56,945 bases of DNA from Macrostomum lignano. Taxonomy: Eukaryota. Below, in pieces: positions 37,451-48,111 of the stretch; the first letter of the stretch is position 1; each line of letters opens with the position of its first letter. The notes under the pieces are model-generated. The model was not told the origin of the DNA. It did not search any database and saw only the letters and a list, made by a program, of their open reading frames with translations. The stretch spans positions 1 to 56,945 of the forward strand of contig NIVC01003314.1 in assembly GCA_002269645.1 (NCBI GenBank), read 5' to 3'. The translations under genes and the position numbers were made by a program.

Positions 37451-40400
37451 AATCCTGGTGTAACGTCTCCGCCTCCAACACCTCCCGTAGGCAGGCCCCC
37501 CTCGAAACCAAAGTATCGAGAACCTGATTAAATGCTCTGACAAAGGTGTCTTGGGAGGGCAGGCCGCCAGGGTGGCGAGACCTCAGCCAGTCGATATCCC
37601 CGCGGAAAAACGAGGCAACGATGCGTGGAAAGTGTGGTGGGCGTGTCCTCGCGGCTAAGCTACTGGTTTTCTATTTGCTACTAAGGATTTTACTAGTGGA
37701 TTATTATCTGCTGTACTGATTTGAGATTTGGTAGAATCGCGGCCACCAGGCTTCCTGTTCCCTAGTCCTATTATTGTAGAGACAAAGGATTGACTCAGGA
37801 AAACCGAATTGTTTAACAAAAGTTTTATACTTCAAAAGAAAACAAAATGAAAAATAGTGTAATGGCTGTGCCTATTGCTCTCCGCTGCCACCAATGTAAT
37901 GCTGGTGCCGGATCCCACCAATGTAGCCAATGTAATGGCCTTGTGGATCCCCGTCTCTTTGGTGATTACTGCTGTTGCCTACTACTTCCTCTGTCTGTCC
38001 TCGCTATCTAGCACGGCCGGTAGCTGGCCTGAGTGGTCTAGCACTATGGTCCGAATTAACCCCTCTTAGTCTCCACTGAGTACAGTTAGATAATAACCGA
38101 GTATTGGTAGTTGGGTTGCTGCCACCTTGTAGGTCCACAGGTGATATCCTCGACAGGTTACCCCTAGGTAGGCCTACTGATAAGTAGAAAATAAATAAGA
38201 CAAACAAGTCAGTTAAACGTTTATTAATGTGAGTAACGGTCACAGGCCGATCCTAAAATATCGTTTAATAGCTCAACTGGTGTCGCAGTAACAAGTCCTA
38301 ACCCTATTAGGTGTCACTGATGTTGCCCAACCGCGTAGGTTGTAGGCCACGAGACCAGGTCCAGACGGTGTTGAAGGTCTGGCGAGCTGATGACACAAAG
38401 ACCTGCGGCAGTCTTAATGAGCAAATGGCAGCTGCAACAAGGATTTGTTAGCAGGTTATCCCTATGAAAAGCGTCTAGCGATCTGCCTAAGCTAGTTCGT
38501 CTAGGAAAAGCATCTAGGAATACTAGCCTTTGCTCGAAGCCAAGCAGGCGGTCTCCGAAAGGATGGTCTCTTTGGGCCTTCACCTACTCTGTATTTATAC
38601 TAAAATTCGGGGGTCTCAGGGCCAATGGGAAGCTCAGAGGCAGTTCCGTGGCAGATCCCATGGCAGTTCCGTGGACTACCCGGAGCCAGGAGCGATCTTG
38701 GAGATGTCCATAAGACATCTGCCTCATCATGCAGCCTCCGCATGGCCTGCTGGTACACTGCTTGCATGTTGCCGCATGCAAGGAGTGCAACCAAGACCCC
38801 ACGAGATCCTACCCCGGGCGGAGAGCTATGCTCTCACTCCCGCTGACTAAATAAGCCTGTACTAAGGGAGAAATATCCCACTGACTAATGTTTCTATTTT
38901 TAGCCCATTGCAGACTGCGCCAGGGGGAGAGGGGGAGAGAGTTTCTCTCCCTGTCCCGCGACAGCTGCACACCTGAGCCTGCACAAGGGAAGGGGAGGAA
39001 GGGACAGCCCTATGCCCAGCTCCCACTGCTGCAGCCCAAGCACTAACTGACTAAGAGGGGATCCCAGGAGCAGCCTATGCTAGCTACGCTGGATCACCAC
39101 AATAGCATGCCTCCAGCCGCCTGGTGCAAAATGTCAGGCATCGACTACCTGTAGGTGTACTGCTTCGGCATCAACTACCTCGACAGTTTTACTTAAATTT
39201 TTCCCAATATTCCCTGTCTCTTACCTTCCTAATTTCTGAGATCTGCCGCCAGCCAGCGAAAATAAAACTAACTAACAAGTCTGCTTTCCCAAGCCTTAAC
39301 TTAACTTAACTTGATAAGTGATTCCGGCGCCTCAGCCTAAGTAAAAAGGCTCTTACGCCACTAGAGATAATTTAGATTCCAGATTGGGAGTGTACTCATG
39401 TACACTAAAAGCCAAATTAGACTATAGAGGACTGTACAGGGCAGTATCAGAAAAACCAAACCTCCCCGGGGGACAGTGACAGCGGTTCGACGAACCAGTC
39501 AGGAAGCCCGTGCCCAAAAAACCAGGTTAGAAGGCCCCCAAAGCCTATTAGAGATGGCCCGAAGGCCTAGAGCCGTGGCAACCATGCTGGGGCCGACCGC
39601 CCACCACCCCGGGTACAAATCAAAAACCTCCCCGGGGCCAGAGGGGTTGAGTGAACCATTCAGGGAAGCCCGTGCCTACTCCTGGGTTAGTTAAGCCAAT
39701 GCCGGTCATTTGACCGCCCCCACACCGTGGCAACCCGAAGGAGCCTCCCCCCCAACTAGACCCCGGGTACTCTTGCCAACAGACAGTCTCTTATCTTTGA
39801 AGCGGCAGGAGGGCTAATCGCCGGGACTGTTTCACCCTTTGCTTCGCCAACCCGCCATTTCTATTGTGACCGTGCCAACGGTCTCGTCCTGCTCAGACTC
39901 AGTCCTGGTTCTGGCACACTCCAGCTTTAATAGGGTCGCTGGCTGTACGCTCAGAGGGCGCCTGAGGGATACCGTCAGAGCACCTTGGTACAGGTATAGG
40001 CCTGCCTTCCTATACAGCTACCCACAGCCCCTCCCGATCCACTATTACCCTCCAACCCAGCCTACTCACTCATTACAAGCTTTCAGCCAGGCAGAGACAA
40101 GTTTCACAGAAGTGACTGCGGTTAGGCGTCTCTATGCGAGACAAAACCAACCAAAAACCAAGCCCCAAACTGTTCTATACTTCTAGAGAATCCCGAAAAC
40201 TAGCGATTTTCCTTCTAGAGATAAGATAAAAAGATAAAAGTCTAATTACTTTCCCAAACCTAAACTACTGACAGTAGGCAAAAAGCATATCTGCTTCGCT
40301 ACTAACTCCCGTTCCTAAAATAATGCCCTACTACACCTCCCCCCTACTTTTAAAAGTTTGCAATCCCCATTGCATACTTTCCTTCTTATTAGTTCGTGTA

Positions 40401-40919
40401 TATTTGATAAATGTTATTATAATGGCGCGTGCAAGATGGCGTATTGAGCTGGATATAATTGATAAAATTGTACTAATAATAGGTACCATTACAGTTGTGA
40501 ACAAAAGAAAATATGTATGGCTATATAAGGAATAATGTCACGTTAGCGCTGGAGAGATTTAGGCACAGATCATAGCTAATAACAGAATTGATAAAAAAAT
40601 TGGTGATGACACACAGGTAATGCACGTATGAATTGGCAACAGTATAGAAAATAATTTTTATCAGGCACAATTAATAGGCATAATTGCACTTTCTAAACGA
40701 TAAGTGTAGCTAGTTAACATCATAAATGTAAAATGTAGATATTTATTAACGCAGAATAATAATAGGCCTAATTGGACTGTCCTGTAGAATAACTAGATAA
40801 ACTATTAATGTAAGCGTATTTATTTGTTTAGCATGCATAAAGAAAAGCATACCGGCTCAAATCCAAAATGTAATTGTTTATGCTAATCTCAGCGTAACTA
40901 CTTGGTTCAGTCATTACGT

Positions 40920-41680
40920 TCATCCTCTAGCCTCCTGCTTCTGGGGGTACCAATAGGGCCAGGGCCCTCCGGCGCGCCGCTCGGCCTCTTGCAGTACGTA
41001 GGTGGTGGCCACCTCGTAACTAGCCGTTGCTTCTTCTTCGGATGCCATCCCTAAGAACTCCTGGCAGGCCGTCGGTAGTTGATGGTTCCACTGCCCAGTC
41101 CTGCCGCTGGATAGAATGACCTTCTTTAAGGCTTTCGTGCTGGCCTTGAAAAGCTGCTTAAAGGCCTCCTCGTTCCGCTTCGGGGGCTCGGATTCTCGTG
41201 GCGCCGCAATCGGCCATTTTACTTGACCAAAGGGGTTCGGCAGCAGCTGGAATTTTGGCATCGGCGGTTCTGTTGCAGCTGCCACTGGCGCGCCTGAGCC
41301 AGCCGACCCTTCTTCGTGTTCTTCCTCCTGCGGCTTCGTCTCCTTTTCTTCATTAGACTGCTGTTCCGTCTCATCTTCTTCATCTTCTACCTTTCGTTCT
41401 ACATGTTGGACCAAGTCCTCCATAAACTGCTCCATCTCCCTTCTCAGCTCCTCTTCTCGCGTCGCCGTTCCTAATGCCTCGAAATCGATGTCGATTTGTA
41501 ACTCTCTGTGGACTTCTCCCTTCTCCTCCTGCTGCCGGTCCAATTTCTGCCTTTCATACGTTTCTCCACATTCTGCCAACTGCACTGCCCTAATTCGCGG
41601 GGCTCGTTCTCTTCTCGACTAGTTCTGCGCTGGCCGTAGATTCTCTTCCTAGGGTACACGCGCAATGGTGCGTCGGCCAT
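40920..41680 (-). CDS. Orphan acidic, coiled-coil-like protein (~253 aa) with one apparent -1 frameshift near 41590
   Basis: ATG at 41680. Adding one G to the GGG run (TTA GGG GCA GTG CAG) joins ORF 41471-41680 to 40920-41585. Confidence 0.6.
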
Positions 41681-41682
41681 AG

Positions 41683-42192
41683 TTATTCAGATTTGAGCTG
41701 CAAGAGGTTGAATGGGTTAAACAACGCCGCTATCCTCTGTACATAACTCTTCTGGTTCGGCCTGACAGTTAATCTATCCGGAGCATGACGCTCTCTGGCC
41801 TCAGGTGCCGGCTTGAAGAGCTTGTCCAAACGGGAGGCAAACATCCGGCGCCACAGTTCAGGCGTGAATTCGATCGTGTAGCGCCAATTAAACTTTGGGT
41901 CCACGTTGAGCCAATCGCGCAGCAAACGAATCCTTCCTTGCGAAGCCTCGACAGCCTTGAAATTGCCCAACACGACCCGCTTGTACACGTGAAGGCGGGC
42001 AGCAGCCTCCAGGTCAGGGCGTGCAGACTCGAGCTTCTTCCACTCTGGTTCGGTCAAGTAGATTGCAGGGAAGCCGTCCTTCCACACTCCAGCCTCGTTG
42101 GTGCAGAGACGCCGAATTTCAATCAAGTTGTGCTCAGTTTTAAATGTGGGCTTCCGCGCCACAAAGTTTTCGTATAGAGAGTTAGAAGACAT
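41683..42192 (-). CDS. Tandem PC4-like (ssDNA-binding fold) protein, 169 aa
   Basis: LIEIRR...G...GFPAIYLTEPEWKKL...L..A and a second unit VVLGNFK...IRLLRDW...IEFTPELWRRM resemble the PC4 pattern IDIR...GI.L...W..L. TATA box about 47 bp upstream. Confidence 0.6.
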   Translation of the reverse strand: MSSNSLYENFVARKPTFKTEHNLIEIRRLCTNEAGVWKDGFPAIYLTEPEWKKLESARPDLEAAARLHVYKRVVLGNFKAVEASQGRIRLLRDWLNVDPKFNWRYTIEFTPELWRRMFASRLDKLFKPAPEARERHAPDRLTVRPNQKSYVQRIAALFNPFNLLQLKSE

Positions 42193-42431
42193 GATTTAGC
42201 AGCAGCAGCAGAGAGCTCTCTGGCAGCCGTGCAGCGCCTTATATACCCCCGGATGGAGGGTGGGGTGGGTGGTGATTTTGGGGGTGATTTTTGATGATTT
42301 TGGTTGGTTTTTGGCGATTTGACCAATAACCAGCAAGCTGGGCAGATTTTTTAGTATATATACAGACCCCCAGAACAGGGATAGAGAGATAATGCTTCTC
42401 TCTCCGCTCTCTCACACTCTCTGTTTGCAAA
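42193..42431. promoter_or_regulatory. Divergent promoter between the PC4-like gene and pPolB
   Basis: TATATAA on the - strand (42239-42245); CCAAT (42323-42327) and TATATATA (42355-42362) on the + strand; ATGs at 42192 (-) and 42432 (+). Confidence 0.6.
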
Positions 42432-45400
42432 ATGTCAAAGCGCAGCGCAGCACCAACTGCTTTCCTGGCTGATAAGAGGCAGCGTCTTTATGGTAAGTTT
42501 TTAATTAATTTCTGGCCAGTTGTTTATCAGTCTAGACTAGAGTTGCTAGGGTGGGGTGCTGCGGCAGGAGGTGAGCTGCTGCGACAGCTGCAGGGGTTTA
42601 GCGCTGTCTAGACAAGTTTCAGCACGGTGAGCTGCGCGTGTAAACAAAGACTGGGGCTGCAGATAGGGTGCGTGTACGTAGCTGCCCAGACAAGCTGCAG
42701 CTGAGGTGCTGATAAGAAATTGCTGCAAAAACAGATAATCGTTGGGTGCGGTGACAGAGAGTTTCTGGGGAGGACTAGACATGATTTAGCAGCAACAGCT
42801 GCAGGATCCATGGGAATTGGAGGGGTGCAGCAGAGTAAACAACAAAGACTGGCGCTGCTGCGCTGGCTACACGGGTCTAGACTAGAGTCACTAGGCAGGG
42901 GGGTACGTTGCTGATAAGAAATTGGCAGAGGCTGTAACAGATAATCGTTGGGGTAAAATTGCAGACAAGTTTCAGCAGCGCGGTGGCAGAGAGTTGCTGG
43001 GTCTGATAATCGGTGTGCGGGGACAGCGTGATCTCTGATAAGAAATTGGTGCAGATAGGGCGCTGCCCAGACAGGCTGCAGCTGGGGTACAGATAAGAAA
43101 TTGGCAGGGGCTGTAACAGAGAGTTGCTGGGGCGGGCTAGACACGTTTCAGCAGCAACAGCTGCAGGGTCTGTGGGCAGCAGAGTAAACAAAGACTCTTG
43201 CAGAATAGAGTTGGTGAATTGCTGCTTGCTGCGACATAGGGCTGATAGGAACTTGCTAGGGCGGGGGAACACGCTGGGGCCGGGAAAATGACAGATTCTT
43301 CTGGTTTGTTATCTCCTTGTGTTTTTTCAGACGCGTTTGTCCCGCCTGTACAGCCAGAATCTGTTACCGGACCGGGTGAGTTATCTAGCCCCCATTCCCC
43401 AGACAGACCCGGGCTGACTCACACTCCCCTTCATTCCCTGCAGGTTTTACGGCCCGGCTAGATAATCAGCGCGAGCTGCCCAAGTTTAGGGCAAAGGGTG
43501 TTGAGTATGTGGTGCGTATTAGTAACACCGAAGATTTACGCTAGACATTCGCTAGTATGCTCGAAGTTTTCAAGCAGGATTTGGCGGGGGAAGACTTTAT
43601 GGCCGCGAAATTCGAGAGCGACAACATGCTCAAAGCCGCCCATACTCCCCCCAGTGCGTGCAGCCCGCATGACAGCCGAATTATTATTCAAGCACATTGA
43701 CAAGATTGTGCAGTCGGAGGCAACTGTCTTGACGGGCAACTTTTCTATCCGACTGCTAAAGGCCTGGGTGCCTCGAGGTGGCTGCTCCCTCGAGAACAAG
43801 CATCTGGAGGACCGCCTGCGAGCGCTTGTTGTCGCCTGCGCCTACCTGCAATTTGTGGCCAAGACAATCACCGAGCAACTGTGGCGCACGATCAAGGCTA
43901 ATTCACCCAAGCAGACTAAGCTGGTGGCTCAGCTGCAAATCAAAGCCGGTCTCTACACGGTAAGTTGGGCACTGATTTTCCTGATAAGAATTACTAAAAG
44001 AACCATTTTTCTGCTATTTTCATGGATTACTAAAATAATTTTTACATAGTATCATGGAATACTAAAAGAAACCATTTTCTGATAGGAATTTTTACATAGT
44101 ATCAGGGAATACTAAAATAAATATTTTACCCCCCACACAGACCGTCTCGCAGGCCGGTCCTTTCGGGGTGGATGTACTACCCGAGGCGATCCGTGCCCTG
44201 AACCGGCTGCATCCTGGCCACAACTTTGGTGTACGAGTGTACCGGGCAGAGGAGGCCAACAGGTGCATCTTCAACCTGCCTGGCACCGAGATTCTGCACC
44301 TCCACCTGATTGAGCAGCACTTCAATGTGGTTACCAAGCTGCCAGCGTTTTTCGGCAGCCACCACTACTGCTCCAAGTGCGAGATAGCCTATGACTGCAC
44401 CAACGCTGAGCACAAGTGTGCTGACGCCTGGAGTACATGCAAGACGCCGGGCTCCAACTGCAAGGTCAACCGCGCATATGTGAGATGCCATGATTGCGGG
44501 CTAAATTGTTATAATGCTCAGTGTCTAGAGAATCACAAGCGCAAGAATAAGGCGGGTAGATCTCGCTGTGATTCAGTCCACGTTTGCGGCACGTGTGGCT
44601 ATCTAGAAGAACTGAAAGTAGGCCAGGCCCCCGAGCATCAGTGCGGTCACTCCAAGTATCCAGTCTGCAAGCAGTACGACGAAACAGCCACCTACGAGTG
44701 CTTTGTCACCCCGCCCAAAGCCAAAGAGTCTAGCGCCCCGTACGTTTACTACGATTTCGAGACGTACGTTGACTCTGGCAAGCAGCACCGGGTACACTTG
44801 GTTACGGCAGCTACCTCCTGCGAGGCGTGTCCCAAACTCTTCCCCAGGCCCCGCTGCAGCGCGTGCGGGGGTTGCACCGCTCAGCCAATTGCATTGCGGG
44901 ACGCGATTTGGCGCGCGATTTTACGAGCTGTGTCTCCCACAGTGACTGTGCTTGCGGGATGCGAGAGTTTTTATCAGTCGGGCCTCACTCTATCGATGCA
45001 TTTTACTGCTGGCTGACTAGCGTGTTCAAGCAGGGGGCAATTGCTATTGCGCACAATGGCTCTGCGTATGACGCATTCCTCCTGCTCGGAGCCCTACTCA
45101 ATGGACTGGCCAAGAAAAAGCCCCAGGTAATCTTCTAGAACAGTCGCCTGATGTACATGAAGAGTGACAAGGTCACGTTCAAGGACAGCCTCAACTTTAT
45201 CCCTATTGGTCTGGCGCAATTCCCAAAGGCACTTGGTTTGGGCACCCAACTGACCAAAGGAGATTTCCCGCACGTGTTTAATCAGCCGCAAAACTGGGGC
45301 TACGTAGGACCCTACTGCTCGATTGATATGTACGGAGGGAAAAAGAATAAGCAACACGACTCCATCGCTGACTGGCTGGCCCAGCAGGAAGGCCGAGTGT

Positions 45401-47509
45401 TTAATTTCAACAAGGAGTACCTGGACTATTGCCTGCAGGACACGCTAATATTGCGGGAAGGCTGTCTAAAGTACGGCCGCCTGATTAAGGACATTTGCGG
45501 ACTGGACGCATTTGTCCAATCCGACACCATTGCGGGCTTGGCCATGGCAGTATTCACCATTAAGTTTATGGTGCCCAACACTCTTGGGGTGATTTCTCGC
45601 CGGTCAGATGTGCAGTCGCACAAGGCGCGGTGCTGGCTTGCACATTTGAATGCAACCGAGTTTGGCGGCCGGTTGCGGACAGCCGACTCTGGCGGCGAGG
45701 CTTTCGCCATAGGCCGAAAGGTGTATGGCTTCGACCCAGAGACTAGGACGGTGCTCCAGTTTCATGGCTGCTTCCACCATGGCTGTCCCAAGTGCTTCCC
45801 CAACGGCGACGTGCTGCACCCGCTCAAGAACCAGCCAATGCGGGCAATTTATGAGGAGACTGAGCGCTTCACCCGGCTGCTCTCTACAGCCTACAATGTA
45901 CGTGTTCTGTGGGAGCACGACTATCAGGGCGGGGGAGCGCCAGTCCAGCAGCCTATTCGTCTGGAGGAAGCCCTGTTTGGCGGCCGCACCGAGGCCTTTG
46001 TTCCGCACGCCGAGGCCACTGACACTGTGGAGCTGCGCTATAGGGATGTGGTAAGTTTTTTCAAAATTTCTCACACACACGCACACACACAGTTGACTTG
46101 CGTTTGAGTTTAGCCTACTCGACTAAGGTGTCGCTCTACCCGACTGTCAACAAGTTTGACAAGTACCCTGTCGGGCACCCGGTTCACCACCCCGAGCCTC
46201 ATCTACTGGATGAGCAGCAGCTGGCTCGGTATTTTGGCATCGCCGAGGTGTCGATTCTGCCGCCAACCAATCTTCACATCCCGCTACTGCCCGCCAAGAT
46301 TAGTAAGAAGCTTGTTTTTGGCCTCTGCCGCGTCTGCATGGAGACACAGTGCAGCAGCGAGTGTACACACACTGACGCTGAGAGAATGCTACGCGGCACG
46401 TGGTCGACCCCAGAGCTCCACAAAGCCCTGCAGTTGGGTTACAAGCTGCAGTTAGTTCATGCCCTGGCGTATTGGACCGAGACTCGGTCCGGGCTGTTTG
46501 CAGATTATGTAAACACCTTTTTGAAGCTCAACGCCGAGTCTAGCGGTTCGCCGGGGATGACTGAGGGCGCCAAGGCTGCCTACATGGCCAGCTTTTTCGA
46601 GCGCGAAGGTGTCCGGCTTGACAAGGTGGAAGAGAACCCTGGTCTGCGCTTTGTGGCCAAGATTTTTTTAAACTCGTAAGTTGGGGAGACCGTGTTTTTC
46701 TACTTACAGTAGCCAGATATACTAACTGCTAAAATTTATTTTTCCCTGCAGGCTCTGGGGCAAATTCTGCCAGCGCGACGACTTGACCTCCACAGAGATT
46801 GTGGACAGCTACGAGGCGTGGCTCCAGCGTCTGACAGACCCCTCCATCAAGTTCAAGTCGTGCGAGCCTGTTGGGGAGAGCTTCATGATGCTCGAGTATA
46901 AGCCCCGATTTGGCGGTGCCAGCGAGCGAGCATTTAAGTACGCCAATGTACCAATTGGCGTTTTCACCACCTCCCATGCCCCGCTGCGACTCTACGAGGC
47001 TCTGGAGGGGCTAGGACCAGAGTCATTTACGCCGATACCGATTCGTAAGTAATTTTTTCACTGTCTCTGTCTCTCTTTCTCCCCCAACACTTTTTTATCC
47101 TCCTCCTCCTCCCAGGGTCGTATACCGGTGCTCTCCGGGCGAGTACGAGCCTCCGGGCGGTTCGAGTTTGGGGCAGTGGACTGACGAGGTACCTGCCGGC
47201 TGCCGTATGGTACAGTTCACCACTGGGGGCCCCAAGCTCTACCGCTATGTGGTGGAGAAGCCCGACGGGTCGGTGTACTCGGTACTCAAGTGCAAGGGCA
47301 TCCGAGTCACACCCGAGATTTCCGAGCGCGAGGACGAGCTGCAGGAAATTCTGCGCCACGGCTGCTCTGTACGCCTGCCCCAGGTCCAGTTCAGGCGCGA
47401 TATGGCTAGCTGTACAATCAGGACCCTGGAGATGGACAAGACTTTCCAGCGAGTAATGACTAAGAGAGTGTATGGGGCCGCCAGCCGTCCGTATGGCTTT
47501 CGGGAGTGA
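42432..47509 (+). pseudogene. Protein-primed family B DNA polymerase (Polinton type), spliced, degenerate
   Basis: ExoI YYDFETY, ExoII AHNGSAYD, ExoIII YCLQD, GGRTE, motif A DV|VSLYP, motif B KIFLNS|LWGKF, motif C YADTDS|VVY. Introns 42493-43330, 43376-43443, 43960-44140, 46051-46127, 46676-46751, 47045-47115. Stops at 43542 and 45136; frameshifts near 43645, 44880 and 47015. Confidence 0.92.
42530..43260. repeat. Degenerate ~170-185-bp repeat with GATAAG motifs, inside predicted pPolB intron 1
   Basis: Recurring (C/T)AGAC(A)..TT.AGCA at about 42608, 42776, 42960 and 43138, and GATAAGAAATTG at about 42712, 42912, 43038 and 43093. Confidence 0.65.
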
Positions 47510-47604
47510 GTGATAACGATCTGTCTTAGGGGAGCGGTTTTCGTGAGTGATAAGGATCGGTCTTTGTACGTCTCCCAGCCTGGGATTCCCCTATGTGCAC
47601 ACTT

Positions 47605-47700
47605 GGGATCCCTTCAAGTGTTAAAACTCCCATTTGACACCTCCAACCCCCTGTACATTGAGCGGGATTCCTTCAAGTGTTAAAACTCCCATTTGACACC
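47605..47700. repeat. 37-bp direct repeat x2 downstream of pPolB
   Basis: GGGAT(C/T)CCTTCAAGTGTTAAAACTCCCATTTGACACC at 47605 and 47664. Confidence 0.85.
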
Positions 47701-48111
47701 TATTCCCCCGGGGCGGTTTGTAGCCCGTTGGTCCACCTCTTGGAGTAGAACTCCTGCAAAACGGACATAAACTGCTGCGCCGATTAGCGTCCCGATAGCG
47801 CAATCGAAATACGTTTCCGCTCCCGAGCCCTCTCACGGGTTCAATCGGGCTGAAAGATTTTGACGCGTTCAAAAGCGTCGTGATAATAATATATTGTGGG
47901 TTAGGGCGGCTAAAACCTCCCTTTTGTTTTTTGTTTAATGCACCTGTGGGCTAGACAATTGCAGCAATATTTACACCTGCAGCACCTACGTTTGTATAGC
48001 TTTATTAATCTGATATGTTTCAAAAGTGAATATTCTTTATACATATGAGTCTGTATTATACAACTATATATTTACGCCTGCTGATATTTGCACTCGCGCA
48101 TGCATACCATT

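Larger units (their letters stand above)
31168..37654 (-). pseudogene. Mirror copy of the LINE-interrupted spliced orphan gene
   Basis: Exon parts 37451-37654, 31336-31532 and 31168-31248. Confidence 0.65.
23369..39264. repeat. Right arm of giant inverted duplication
   Basis: Starts GCAAGAGTACGG at 23369, inside a copy of the 211-aa ORF; all ORFs mirror those of 1-15882. It is 14 bp longer than the left arm. Confidence 0.97.

Noticed and set aside
39768-39777. 10-bp match (GCAAGAGTAC, - strand) to the palindrome breakpoint at 23369
   Set aside because: Too short to exceed chance in 57 kb, and no mechanistic geometry.
45125-45140. GTAATCTTCTAG as a micro-intron in pPolB
   Set aside because: Only 12 nt, and it translates as the expected PQVIF; better explained as a nonsense mutation.
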